Assembly: GCA_017533325.1 (NCBI GenBank)
Contig: JAFXIF010000044.1
Span: forward strand, 4,345 to 68,344
Origin: Alphaproteobacteria bacterium
GTDB taxonomy: Bacteria > Pseudomonadota > Alphaproteobacteria > CAAHEQ01 > UBA3637
Direction of reading: 5' to 3'
DNA length: 64,000 nucleotides
Below are positions 1-10,800 of the stretch, in pieces. The notes beneath the pieces were generated by a model. The model had not been told where the DNA came from, made no database searches, and saw nothing but the letters and a program-made list of their open reading frames with translations. Position numbers and translations under genes: made by a program. Numbering within the stretch: the first letter of the stretch is position 1; each line of letters starts with the position of its first letter.

Positions 1-161
1 TTATTGATTGGGAGTGTGCAAGATTAACAAAGCCGGATAAACCGCTTAATGCTTATGATACATTGATGAAATTTTATCCGGATTATAAAAAAATATATTT
101 ACCAATCATCAAAAAATATTTACCCTATCAAGTAAAAGAAAGAGAGTAGGGAAATAATGAA

Positions 162-737
162 ATGATTTTTGAACTGTTAGCTGCTATTTTTGGATTGATA
201 CAAGGCTCATTATCGCTTTTGAATAAAAGGATTCATTGGTTTTTTTATCTTTTGCAATTAATTGTTTTAATTATATTTTCTTGGAATGAAAAATTATATG
301 GAGATGTGATTATTTCAATTGTATTTATGTTTTTTTGCATTGTTGGGTTCTTTTTTTGGAATTCAAAAGAATATAAACATATCACAAGTTGCACTATCAA
401 AGAGCGGTTTGGTTATTCAGGAGTTGTTTGTTTGGGAACTTTTATTGTTTATTTATTTTTAGATCAAACAAATGATCCGTTACCTTTTTTAGATGCTTTT
501 ACAACCGTTTTAAGCATTGTGGCTCTTTTTTATATGGTAAAACATAAAATTGATACATGGTTTTTATGGTTTACGGCAGATGCGGTTTATGTTGTGCAAT
601 ATGCTTCGCTTGAAAACCCTGCTTTGTATTTGTTAAGCCTTTATGTCATATGGACGCTGATGGCTATAGCATCTTATTGGTATTGGTTTTTAGTGTTAAA
701 GAAAGAATCAAAAGAAGTTTTTATTCATAAATCTTGA
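162..737 (+). CDS. pnuC: Nicotinamide riboside transporter PnuC
   Basis: 191 aa polytopic protein. It carries PnuC-like blocks (PFLDAFTTVLSIVA, WFLWFTADAVYVV) comparable to E. coli PnuC. Its 3' end overlaps convergent nadE. Confidence 0.75.
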   Translation: MIFELLAAIFGLIQGSLSLLNKRIHWFFYLLQLIVLIIFSWNEKLYGDVIISIVFMFFCIVGFFFWNSKEYKHITSCTIKERFGYSGVVCLGTFIVYLFLDQTNDPLPFLDAFTTVLSIVALFYMVKHKIDTWFLWFTADAVYVVQYASLENPALYLLSLYVIWTLMAIASYWYWFLVLKKESKEVFIHKS

Positions 738-1488
738 TTACCGGAGGCATTTGTTCGCGTTTAAAAGCATTTTTTTGGAATCTTGATTTTATTTCAGACA
801 CCAGTTTTTCTTCCTCTTTTAAAACAGGTTGATTATCAAAAATATGATCTTTTAAAATATGGTCTAATACATCATACTCGGGTAAAGAATCTGTATCTTT
901 TTGGTTTGTTTTAAGTTCGGCTGAAGGAGGTCTGTTGATAATTTCTTGTGGAATGATTACCTCTTTTTCATGGTTAATTAAATCAGCTAATTTATAAATA
1001 TCAGTTTTATATAAATCACCGATAGGTGCTAATGACCCGGCCATATCGGCGCCATAAAGAGTGCAATATCCCATGGCTGCTTCTGATTTATTTCCGCAAG
1101 AAAGAAGCATCCAGCCTTTTTCATTTGCATAAGCCATACCGATAACAGTTCTGATTCTTGCCTGAATATTTTGTTCCGTAACTTCATTTTTTAATTCGAA
1201 TGGCAAGATTGAAGAAAAGTTATCCACAAGTTCTTGAATATCAATTTCTTGATAGTCAACTTTATTAAGTAAAGCAATTTCTTTTGCGAGATCTAAACTT
1301 TTTTGAGATGTATATTTTGTTTTCATCATTATCCCATGGACATGTTGCGCTCCTAAAGCTTGAACGGAAAGAGCTAAAACAAGTGCACTGTCAAGACCTC
1401 CCGAAAGTCCGAAAACAACATCTTTAAATCCGTTTTTATCACAAAATTTTTTTAACTCTAGTATAATTTTTTCTTTTGTTTTTTTCAT
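721..1488 (-). CDS. nadE: NH3-dependent NAD+ synthetase
   Basis: 255 aa. PP-loop GLSGGLDSALVLAL (SGGxDS) with NadE-like length and layout. Confidence 0.85.
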   Translation of the reverse strand: MKKTKEKIILELKKFCDKNGFKDVVFGLSGGLDSALVLALSVQALGAQHVHGIMMKTKYTSQKSLDLAKEIALLNKVDYQEIDIQELVDNFSSILPFELKNEVTEQNIQARIRTVIGMAYANEKGWMLLSCGNKSEAAMGYCTLYGADMAGSLAPIGDLYKTDIYKLADLINHEKEVIIPQEIINRPPSAELKTNQKDTDSLPEYDVLDHILKDHIFDNQPVLKEEEKLVSEIKSRFQKNAFKREQMPPVIKIYE

Positions 1489-1503
1489 GTTTTACCTCTT
1501 TTA

Positions 1504-2970
1504 TTAATTTCTGTCATGGGATTGAATTTCATTTTTTAAGGCTTTTTTTCTTAAATCGTTTCTCAAAATAAACAAACCTTTTTCAAGTCCGGCAATATAT
1601 GTATGTGAAGATTTCAGCCTCAAATGAGATTCATCCAAACGAGATAAGTTTTTTTGTGTATATTCTCTTATTTGTGCAAGTGGTTTAAGCATTTCTTCTT
1701 TGTTAACTTTTCCGTTTTTAATCACCTCAATCATGGGGCGATATGCTTTTTTCCCTTTTAAAAATAATTTAAGGTGTTCATTATCAATTCGAATGGATTC
1801 TATGTTTTGAGAAAGAGTATTGTTATTTAAAAAAGTTTTTCCCTCTTGGCAAATAATGTCACCGGCATATTGATTATTTTCATCAATAACGCGAATCACA
1901 TCGGTTGCCCCCGGTATAGTTGTTTTGATGGGCAGTTCCGAAACTTTAATAACTTCTCTGTTCTTTGTTTTTTTTAGTTTATATACCCCACCTAAAGCCG
2001 GTTGGTCAAAACTTGTTGCCAACATTGTGCCAACACCAAAAATGTCAATGGGTGCTTTTTGTTCTAAAATAAGGCTTTGAATGGTATATTCATCTAGGTC
2101 GTTTGAAGCTGTTATTTTTGTGTCATAAAAGCCTTCATTGTCTAAAAGGGCGCGCACTTTTTTGGATAAATAGGCTAAATCCCCCGAATCAAGACGAACA
2201 CTTTTAAGGGGAATTTTTGTTTCTTTTGATGCCTGAATGGCATTTTTAGCTCCTTGAATGGTATCATAGGTGTCGATAAGAACGCTTGCTCTTTTGGGAT
2301 CGGAAACAAGATAATTTTTAAAAGCTTCTTTTTCTTGTTCTTCTCTCATAATGAGGCAATGCGCCATCGTTCCAACAGCCGGAATATTATAATATCTTGC
2401 TGCTTCAACATTTGAGGTGCCGTCAATTCCACCGATATAAGCGGCTCTGGTTGGTGTAAATCCTTGGGTATCTTGAGCTCGCCTTAAGCCCATTTCAAGA
2501 ATGGTTCTTTTTTTCCCATCCGCTTGACTGGCTCTAACAATACGGCTTGCTTTTGTTGCGAATAAACTTTGCGCATTGATAATGTTTAAAATCCCGGTTT
2601 CTATCATAACTGCCTGCCAAGCCGGTCCTGTTACTCGAACAATCGGCTCGTTTGGGAAGACGATTTCGCCTTCTTTAAAAGCGTGCATATCAATTTCAAG
2701 ATGTGACTCTTTAAGCATTGTTAAAAAATCTTCTTTAAATCCGAGAGATCTTAAATAATCAATATCTTCATCTGAGTAATGCCAATCATTTAACCATTCT
2801 AAAACTTCTCCAAGTCCGGCAGCGATTAAATAAGACCCTTTGAAAGGATTTTTTCTAATGAACATTTCGTATGTTTCTATATTATTATGCGTTCCTTGAT
2901 CAAACATGGCTTGAGCCATTGTTAAATGGTATAAGTCACAAAAAAGAGGGGAAAATTTGTTTCTAATCAT
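1504..2970 (-). CDS. pncB: Nicotinate phosphoribosyltransferase
   Basis: 488 aa, NAPRTase family by length and N-terminal pattern. Lies between nadE and the adenylyltransferase in an NAD salvage operon. Confidence 0.8.
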   Translation of the reverse strand: MIRNKFSPLFCDLYHLTMAQAMFDQGTHNNIETYEMFIRKNPFKGSYLIAAGLGEVLEWLNDWHYSDEDIDYLRSLGFKEDFLTMLKESHLEIDMHAFKEGEIVFPNEPIVRVTGPAWQAVMIETGILNIINAQSLFATKASRIVRASQADGKKRTILEMGLRRAQDTQGFTPTRAAYIGGIDGTSNVEAARYYNIPAVGTMAHCLIMREEQEKEAFKNYLVSDPKRASVLIDTYDTIQGAKNAIQASKETKIPLKSVRLDSGDLAYLSKKVRALLDNEGFYDTKITASNDLDEYTIQSLILEQKAPIDIFGVGTMLATSFDQPALGGVYKLKKTKNREVIKVSELPIKTTIPGATDVIRVIDENNQYAGDIICQEGKTFLNNNTLSQNIESIRIDNEHLKLFLKGKKAYRPMIEVIKNGKVNKEEMLKPLAQIREYTQKNLSRLDESHLRLKSSHTYIAGLEKGLFILRNDLRKKALKNEIQSHDRN

Positions 2971-2986
2971 ATAAAACTCCTTTTAT

Positions 2987-3451
2987 TTAAATAAGAGAAT
3001 GAATTGCTTTAGGAACATCTTGTTTCCATGAAAGGTCATGTAACTGAATTTTTTTTCGAATTAATGTTCCTGAAATTGGTAAAATATTGCGATCAAATTG
3101 TTTGATTTTGATTCCTTTTTTTTGAAATAAATCTCCATCCTGTCCATTTCCGCAATAATAAATATCAAAAGGGCAATGAACTGTATCTTTTACATAATCC
3201 ACCCATTTGGGAGGGTTATTAATATCCTTGATACCTCTAACAATTAATTTTTTTGAATGAATGGCATCAGAATATATTTTTTTAACCATTTTAAGCCGTT
3301 TTTCGAATGAATAGGGGTTTTTATTATCTGTTTTGTTAATCGAACCAATAAGAAGAATGACTTGATTGTTTTCTTGTAACATTGTATCTATAATTTTTTT
3401 GTGACCATTATGAAAAGGCTGTAAGCGCATTATAGTTAGAGCTGTTGTCAT
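2987..3451 (-). CDS. nadM: Nicotinamide/nicotinate mononucleotide adenylyltransferase (NadM-type cytidylyltransferase fold)
   Basis: 154 aa with HxGH nucleotidyltransferase motif (PFHNGHKKII) in an operon with pncA/pncB/nadE. Subfamily assignment is an inference. Confidence 0.65.
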   Translation of the reverse strand: MTTALTIMRLQPFHNGHKKIIDTMLQENNQVILLIGSINKTDNKNPYSFEKRLKMVKKIYSDAIHSKKLIVRGIKDINNPPKWVDYVKDTVHCPFDIYYCGNGQDGDLFQKKGIKIKQFDRNILPISGTLIRKKIQLHDLSWKQDVPKAIHSLI

Positions 3452-3453
3452 GG

Positions 3454-4068
3454 CTATCCTCTTTGGCGTTGTAGTTTTTTTAAAAATTCTAAACTTGTTG
3501 TCGTTTTTATTTGTCCTTTTAAAACGGCTTTTTTAAATGGTTCTTCTTGTAAAACTTCTTCTGTTTCTTTATAAATTCCTCTTGTTAAATCTGTTAAAAT
3601 TGTAACAGGCATATCTCTTTTGATCCAACCAAGAAGAGCCGCTTTATTGCAAAAATCAGAGGCCACACCACATAAAACAACTTCATCCGTATCTTGAATA
3701 ATCGGCTCATAAACAGCATCAATGCTGGCAGCCCACATGTCGTAAGTTGATTTTCTTAAATGTTGAATGGCTCTTATTTTTGTTGTGAGATTTCCTTTGT
3801 TGATGGCTAATAACCATCCGATAGTGCCCTTTTCGCAATGAAGTGGAAAGTTCTTTGCTTCTTCTGTTTGAAAATAAGTGTCTTTATAATGTGTATCATA
3901 AGTAACAATACCGTAAGCAAACGCATTTTGAGGCATTTTTTCAAAAAAGTTTTCAGCTCTTTGAATTAAAGAGGGATCACCTTTTTTGTTATCAAAAGTA
4001 AGCGCCCCGTTTGGAGCAACGAAATCATTTTGAAAATCAATAAGGTTTAAGGTAAGTTTCTTTTTCAT
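3454..4068 (-). CDS. pncA: Nicotinamidase / isochorismatase-family hydrolase
   Basis: 204 aa with an N-terminal DFQNDF motif typical of nicotinamidases. First gene of the minus-strand salvage operon. Confidence 0.75.
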   Translation of the reverse strand: MKKKLTLNLIDFQNDFVAPNGALTFDNKKGDPSLIQRAENFFEKMPQNAFAYGIVTYDTHYKDTYFQTEEAKNFPLHCEKGTIGWLLAINKGNLTTKIRAIQHLRKSTYDMWAASIDAVYEPIIQDTDEVVLCGVASDFCNKAALLGWIKRDMPVTILTDLTRGIYKETEEVLQEEPFKKAVLKGQIKTTTSLEFLKKLQRQRG

Positions 4069-4094
4069 GTTTTTGCTTCTTGTTATTATTTTTC

Positions 4095-4150
4095 TGTTAT
4101 TAACAATTTATTATTAACATAAAGATAAAAAGATGTCAAGAGATTTTTTA
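4095..4150 (-). promoter_or_regulatory. Promoter plus palindromic operator upstream of pncA (copy 1 of a conserved 56-nt element)
   Basis: Minus strand reads TTGACA (4139-4134), a 17-nt spacer, then TAATAA (4116-4111). Two TGTTATTAACA-type palindromes overlap the -10 and +1 regions. The element is nearly identical (4 mismatches in 56 nt) to 35121-35178. Confidence 0.5.
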
Positions 4151-4252
4151 TATATAAAAATATCAAAAAATAGAATAAAGGGGATTGTTATTTAAAAAAC
4201 AATATGTTATTATCAAAATGATTTTAACAAAAGATATTTTAAAGAGGATAAA

Positions 4253-5023
4253 ATGTTTATCAAAAAGGCAGAAAAAGCATTTTTAAAAACATACGATTCG
4301 TCTGTTTTTGAAAAATTATCAGTTACAACAGATTTGCTTGTTTTTAGTATTTCTGATTTAAAAACAAATAATTACAGAAAATTATCAAATAAAGTGATGA
4401 GTGTTTTTTTAGCGAATCGTGATCAATTCCCCTTTAAAGATTGTTGGAGTCTTCCAGGCGGTTTTGTTTCGCCAAAAGAAACATTAGAAGAAACGGCAAA
4501 ACGTGTTTTAAGAGAAAAAATACATGTGGATGATTTATATCTCGAACAATTATATACATTTGGTGAGGTTGAACGCGATCCGAGAATGAGGATTATTTCA
4601 GTCGCTTATATGGCGTTGGTTGAGAGATCAGATTTGCCTTATTCTCTTCAACAATCTGATAATTGGTTTAATATTTTTAGAGAAGATAATAAAATTATCT
4701 TGAGAAATGAAAAAGATTCAGGTGTGGAATTTGATTTAAATATGCCCTCGGTTTTAGCATTTGATCATCAAGAAATTATTAAAATTGGGTTAGAGCGATT
4801 AAAAAATAAAATTGAATATACTGATTTAGCTTTTCATCTTGTTCCAAATGAATTTACACTAACTGAGCTTCAAAATGTTTATGAATCTGTATTAGGTAAA
4901 AAACTTTTGGCTCCTGCTTTTAGGAGAAGTATCAAATCAAAAGTTATTCCAACCGGTAACATGACTTCCGGTAATGGACATAGGCCATCGGAATTATATT
5001 GTTATAAAAATAATGAAGCGTAA
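4253..5023 (+). CDS. nrtR: NrtR-like regulator (Nudix domain plus C-terminal winged-helix)
   Basis: 256 aa with Nudix signature region (LPGGFVSPKETLEETAKRVLREK) followed by ~100 aa of C-terminal extension. Divergent from the NAD salvage operon, as is typical for NrtR. Confidence 0.65.
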   Translation: MFIKKAEKAFLKTYDSSVFEKLSVTTDLLVFSISDLKTNNYRKLSNKVMSVFLANRDQFPFKDCWSLPGGFVSPKETLEETAKRVLREKIHVDDLYLEQLYTFGEVERDPRMRIISVAYMALVERSDLPYSLQQSDNWFNIFREDNKIILRNEKDSGVEFDLNMPSVLAFDHQEIIKIGLERLKNKIEYTDLAFHLVPNEFTLTELQNVYESVLGKKLLAPAFRRSIKSKVIPTGNMTSGNGHRPSELYCYKNNEA

Positions 5024-5068
5024 TTTACGGCTTATTTTTATTAAATAAAAAGCATCTAATACTGCTTG

Positions 5069-6274
5069 TTATAGATTTTTTCTGGGTGTGCTTTTTTTTG
5101 GGGCGTTTTTATGAGTTACATATTCGCCTTTCATGACACAGCACCACATCTGTGTTAATAAATTATTCCAGAATGAAATCGTTTGAATTGTAAAGAAAAA
5201 AGCAACATAAAAGTAAGCCCATATCAGATGCATGAATAAAAAGAAAATAATTGTTGCATGAATGGAAAGATGATGAGCAAACATGGAATAAATAATGCCG
5301 GAGGGAATGATAAAAAGGATGGATAATTTTACCCATAAAGCATGTTTTCTTGGTATTAAAATATAACAAAATGCATAAACAACCAAAATACCCAGCATTG
5401 AGGATAAAGAGGCAAGGGATTTGGCGTCTAGTAAAGCAGTGTATCCAACTTTTAAAAGCGGTAAAGCGGCGGTTTTTGTGTAATAGAATAAAATACCGAC
5501 AAGAAAGACATTAAGAATTATACCAATCCAAAATTTAATAACATACAGTGGCTTTTTTAGGCCCTGCCAAAAAGCTTTTGAAACAAGTCTAAATCTGAGG
5601 GGACCGGTTAAGACCAAGGTTAAAATTGTGAAAATATAAGATATACAGCAAATAGGAATAAGATATAAAATAGCTTGAGGTATTTGATTTGGTTCGATTG
5701 ACAAAATATTTGAAATGCCGGGCTTTTGTTTTAAAACGTTGATAACGAAACTCGACCAAAGCCAAATAATACTTGAAAACCAAGTATAGGTCGAAATAAG
5801 TAATAAAAAGGATTTGAAGATATATCTTTTAAACGAAAAAGCACCGTATGTTTGTTTTACTGATGTGAACGAAAAATAAGAGAAGAAACTAAACCAAAGG
5901 GCTTGCCAAAAGGCATACATAAAAGTTATCACCAAATAAAAATAAACACCGTCTTGAATTTTTTTGTTTTCGATAAAATAAACAAGTTGCAAAAAACATT
6001 CCGGTCGACCCCAAATAAGTCTGAACAGCATAACTAAAATTGTTGAAGCAATCAGCAAAAAAAGAAATGTTGCCATAAAGGATAGCGGACTAAATGAAAA
6101 TTTGAAAGCTTTAAAAATTGAAAATTTTTCCAAATCGATTAAAGATAAATTGGTTTGGTGAAGTTTTTGATGTTTTAAATTTAATGCTTTCTTATGGCAT
6201 TGATAAGCTTTTTCAGTTATCATGCCGTTTTTTAACATAAAATCCAAATTTTCAAGTTCTTGTCTGTCAACCAT
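5069..6274 (-). CDS. Polytopic inner-membrane protein, function unknown
   Basis: 401 aa with ~10 hydrophobic segments after a 40-aa cytoplasmic N-terminus. No recognisable catalytic motif. Confidence 0.5.
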   Translation of the reverse strand: MVDRQELENLDFMLKNGMITEKAYQCHKKALNLKHQKLHQTNLSLIDLEKFSIFKAFKFSFSPLSFMATFLFLLIASTILVMLFRLIWGRPECFLQLVYFIENKKIQDGVYFYLVITFMYAFWQALWFSFFSYFSFTSVKQTYGAFSFKRYIFKSFLLLISTYTWFSSIIWLWSSFVINVLKQKPGISNILSIEPNQIPQAILYLIPICCISYIFTILTLVLTGPLRFRLVSKAFWQGLKKPLYVIKFWIGIILNVFLVGILFYYTKTAALPLLKVGYTALLDAKSLASLSSMLGILVVYAFCYILIPRKHALWVKLSILFIIPSGIIYSMFAHHLSIHATIIFFLFMHLIWAYFYVAFFFTIQTISFWNNLLTQMWCCVMKGEYVTHKNAPKKSTPRKNL

Positions 6275-6336
6275 ACCAGTCCACCCCTCTAAACAAAGAG
6301 GACACTAGCATAAAATATTATAAAAAACAAGAAAAA

Positions 6337-6834
6337 TCAAAAAAACGGATTATACGCCCATTGAAGCAGCGCTTGTCGTTGCTTTTTTCGGCATTGAGTG
6401 TCAAATGGAAGGCAATTTTTTTCAATTTGTATTTTATGTCTTTTAAATGAGCGCCATCGTTTTATTTGAATGGCATCTATTTTCTCAATGCGTCTGCCTA
6501 AATAATATCGGCAATACCATTGAAACCACCCTCTTGGATCGGGTTCAAATATCCAGCCTTTTGATTGCCATATAAGCAAGCTTTGTCTTGATTTAACTTT
6601 AAAACAATTGCATGAAATGTCCGGTTCTTTGGGTGAAAGTTTTGCATTGGTAAACCATTCGTGTGGAAATTCATTTTGACAGTCTGTTAAATATTTCCCT
6701 TCAAAAACCCCTAACTCTAGCATTTCTTTTGGTGTTAATTCAGGTTGAAACAATGAAGAAAAATTTTTCCCTTCAGGTTCTGTTGTTTCATAAGAATAAT
6801 TTTTTTGCATTTTGTCACAACCAATTATTTTCAT
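6337..6834 (-). CDS. Hypothetical protein (Cys/Trp-rich, 165 aa)
   Basis: Intact ORF. No signal peptide and no motif I can assign. Confidence 0.4.
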   Translation of the reverse strand: MKIIGCDKMQKNYSYETTEPEGKNFSSLFQPELTPKEMLELGVFEGKYLTDCQNEFPHEWFTNAKLSPKEPDISCNCFKVKSRQSLLIWQSKGWIFEPDPRGWFQWYCRYYLGRRIEKIDAIQIKRWRSFKRHKIQIEKNCLPFDTQCRKKQRQALLQWAYNPFF

Positions 6835-7073
6835 TAAGTTAATATGGTGACTAAAAAAAATTTTTAAATAGATAAAAGTATTTTGATTTTTTTATTTTTG
6901 TATTATCCTTTTAATGTGTGTTAAAAATATAATGAATTAACCATTAAAACAACATGAGGAACGATTTAAAAAAAATGTTTTTATATTTCAATAGGAAAAT
7001 AAAAATCCGTTGATTTTTTGTCAAAAATATAGTATAATCAAGTAGTTTAATTTAAAATGGCAGCGGGATTAAA

Positions 7074-7811
7074 ATGGAAAAAAAAGAAACTCTTAATGAT
7101 GTCTCTTTTTGTTTGCGAAAAATAAAAAAAGAGGCATCTAAGAATACATTGCAATCAGGTGTTTTTGAAAATGTATTAAAACTATCTTACTTGTTGATAA
7201 GAGCGTTGGATAATAAAAAAACAACAACATTGGAAATAAAGAAGCAATTATTACAACTGGATGTATCCGGTGTAAAATTTTCTCCTTTTGTAAAGCGGTT
7301 TGTTCTTCAAAATTTACCTCTTTGTATAAAGGAAATTTCGCCTGTGGATGAAAGAGAAAATAAAGTATTAAAGTGGATGCATCATAGGGCTTTAACCGAT
7401 AAAACATTATTGCATATTGATTTTGTTGAATATAAAAGAAGTCTTGCAAAAAATTTTGATTCCTCTGATAAAGATGACTTTTTAAGTATTTGTTCTGTAA
7501 CTGAACAATTAATTTCTTCCGATTCTAAAAAAACATTGTTTAAATCTCCGGATGCTCGTATTCGTGAAATTGAAAATGATACTTTTATTAATGTATCTGA
7601 AGGCGTTAGAAACGCTATAAAAACCGGTTTGTTTTTCTTTAAAAGAGAAAGAATTCATTTATCACATAAACAAACGCCTGTTTGGGTGGAAAATTATGCG
7701 CTTTTGAAAAAAATGTGTCAAAAATATTATGTTGATATGTCGTCAAAGGCAAAAAAATCTCCATCTAATAGTAAAAAAAATGGGTTAGGGAATGAGAGGG
7801 TAAAATCATGA
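7074..7811 (+). CDS. Hypothetical protein (245 aa)
   Basis: Its stop overlaps the start of the next ORF by 4 nt (ATGA), suggesting translational coupling with the 1204-aa protein. Confidence 0.4.
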   Translation: MEKKETLNDVSFCLRKIKKEASKNTLQSGVFENVLKLSYLLIRALDNKKTTTLEIKKQLLQLDVSGVKFSPFVKRFVLQNLPLCIKEISPVDERENKVLKWMHHRALTDKTLLHIDFVEYKRSLAKNFDSSDKDDFLSICSVTEQLISSDSKKTLFKSPDARIREIENDTFINVSEGVRNAIKTGLFFFKRERIHLSHKQTPVWVENYALLKKMCQKYYVDMSSKAKKSPSNSKKNGLGNERVKS

Positions 7812-10800
7812 CAAATAAAAAAAACAGTTTGCTGCCGTTTAATATAATTTTTTTAGATGAACCGTTACCTTCTTGTTTTCATCAACGAAGCGGAATGACT
7901 TTTAAAGATCTTTTATCCGTTATTGGACGTGAATTTAAAAATACATATGTTCAAGGTCAACGCGCTGAAAGAGGAAAGAAAAAGGAACAGGTTCAAAATA
8001 ATGAAATTTCCAGAAAAGAGATTTTTGATAAAATTCGAGAAGAACTTGGGGACTCGGAATATGAAAGATTTCTTTCTGTTTTTAAAGATTTAGAAACGGA
8101 AACGGATTACCAAGCATTAAAAAGTAGTGCTTATATCGGAAATTCAAAAAATGCCAGAAATCACATGGGGGCAAATAATCTTTTGGAATGGATGTTCAGT
8201 GCTGATGGCAGAATTGATGCTTGTTTTATCCAAAAAGACGGGGTTAAATTTATCTTTATTATGGATGTGCGGTTGAGTAATCATTATAATAAAAAAGATG
8301 CTCAGTTGCATGAATTAAACAGGGATATTGCAAAAGTTATTGCGGATTCTTTTGATGGCAAAAATGGAAATGATCCTCAAGGAATTTTAAAAAATGGTTT
8401 GTTAGCTTATCAACACGAGCTTTTGCAAAATACAAACACTGTTTCGGCTCAGTTTGAAACTCTTTTGATTACAATTGAACAATTAATTGCCTCAAATGAC
8501 TCTGTTCTGGAAAAGATTGAGTTGTTTAAAAGGGATTTATCTGTTTGCTTAAGACATGTATCTGAAGAAGAATTTGATAACTATATTAAAAAACGTTTAA
8601 TTACGGGGCCGATTAAGAATTATCAAAAAGAGCTTTTTGATAGATTGTATAGCTATGAATATGGGAAAGATAAATTAACAAATGAAATTGAAAATACTTT
8701 TACCGGTATTCAGGCTGTTAAAACATTGGCGCCGTCATTTTTTAACAGAGTAAAGGATTTACTTGAAAAAGAGGAAAATGAAAAAACAGAACGTGAATGG
8801 GCTCAAGATACATTAGATTGTTTCCGTGTTTTTCACAAAATATCTCCGTCATATATCTATATCTTAGAAGAAGAGATTGATGATTTTTGTTCTGATATCG
8901 AATCGGATGAATTAAAACAACAGCTTGAATATTTTGTTGGAGAATTAAAAAATTTAAAAGTAAATTATCGGTTTGTTGATGGGAATTCCCCTTATAAAGA
9001 ATTTAAAAAACTTCTTAACAATGCTAAAAAGTCAAGATTTCAACCATTAAATATGGGTGAAAATGTTCTTGAAAAAAAAGATGTTTTGGTTGATTTATTA
9101 AAAACGGACATTTCAGAATTAGCTGATTTAAAGGCTGTGGATAAAATTGCTGCAGCTTTAATTAAAATTATTGTTGAAGAAGAGTATTCTTCTGTTTCGG
9201 AGTTTGTTCAAGAACATAAATCTTTAATCCCGTCTGCAAATAAAAACAGCGTTTATAGACAAGTTCCAAATCCGGAAAATACGTTTAATGCTTTGTTAAG
9301 AGAAATTTTAAAAAACAAAAAAATTCAATCTAATTTGTGTCAAAAATATCCATATTTAACTGAATATGTTGACCAGCTTCAAAAAGAAGGAGTTGTAACT
9401 TCTCAAGATGAGTTAAATACGATATGCGAATATTATCGGGAGTATGCTTATACAGGAGATGAGGAGTTTTTTGTTGAGGCTAACAAAGTGTTAAAAACTA
9501 TGCCTGAAGCAAAGCGCTCGTTATATAAAGGCTATCTGCAACATGTTTATTCTCTGTCCCCTGAAAATTCGGAAATTTTGGAATTGGCAACCGGTTCGTT
9601 GAATATTATTGATGAACTGAAGCGCATTGAAACCATTAAAGATAAAATAGAAATAAGTTTAGGGCAGGAAGAAAAGAAAATCACCCCAATACAACAAAGT
9701 GGCAGATTTGCTTTTGAAAATATTTTTAGCGATTTTTTAATGGATATGGGAAATGTTGATTTATATGAAGAATTGCAATCAAAAGCAGCTCAATTAACTC
9801 AAACTGATTTAGAAGAATTAAGAAAAGCTGATGGTGAAATAGGTGAATTTATCAAGGATTATATTAAATATTCTTCAAAAAAGAAAAAACCGGCTTTTTC
9901 AACATTGATTGAAAATGTTTTAAAACGTGAAGAAATAAAACGAAGAGAACGTTTTGAACAAGCACTTTCTAATTATTTTGTTTCATTAGATCGTAAACAA
10001 GCTAAAACAGATTTAGGGTTAAGTTGTTTAACTCTTGAACCGAAAGATGTTGATTATTTTCTTACAAAATGGAAAGCAAATGAAAAACAAAATGAATTAA
10101 AAATTTTATTTTTGCAAACATATAAAGCTTCTTCATTTGAAATAGCAATGAAAAGAATTGATACTAAAATTATTAAAGAGAAAAAAGCCATTTTAGATGC
10201 ATTTATAAAACAATATCATGAGATTATTAAGGAGGGAAATAAAGATAATTTAAATGATTTTGTTCAATTTATCCTTCAACTAAAAAATGTTGATTTAGAT
10301 ATGTTGACGTATATTCATGAAGAGCAAGAAAATGCACAAGTTTGTTCTTTTTTAGAGAATATTAGTAAGATAAAATCAAAAAACAACAAAAATGCAACAA
10401 AAGAAATTCAAGAGATAATTCTAAGCACTGAAAGACGGTCAGGCTTTAAACAAAAAATGTATGATTATTTTATTAAAAACCCTGGAGAAGAAACAAAAGA
10501 AATCTTAATACGGGACATTTTTAATTTGAATAAATCAGATATAGATGCCTTTTTCAGTGATAACACAAACAGTCATCCGTTCAAACTGTTTTTTGGTAAA
10601 TTACGTAATTTGAGAAACAAATTAAAGGCGCAAAATATGGAAAACGAAGTGTCTAATATAATAGATGCAACAAAACGGCGCTTGTATTTTTATAATACCT
10701 TATATAGCTATTTGCATAATGCCGAGGCAGATAAGTCCCAGGCTGAAGTTTTGGCGGATTTTTACTTAGCGTTAACACCTCAAGATCAAAAAGATATTGA

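Noticed and set aside
5163-5783. Small ORFs 5163-5369 and 5589-5783
   Set aside because: Nested in another frame within the 401-aa membrane protein gene.
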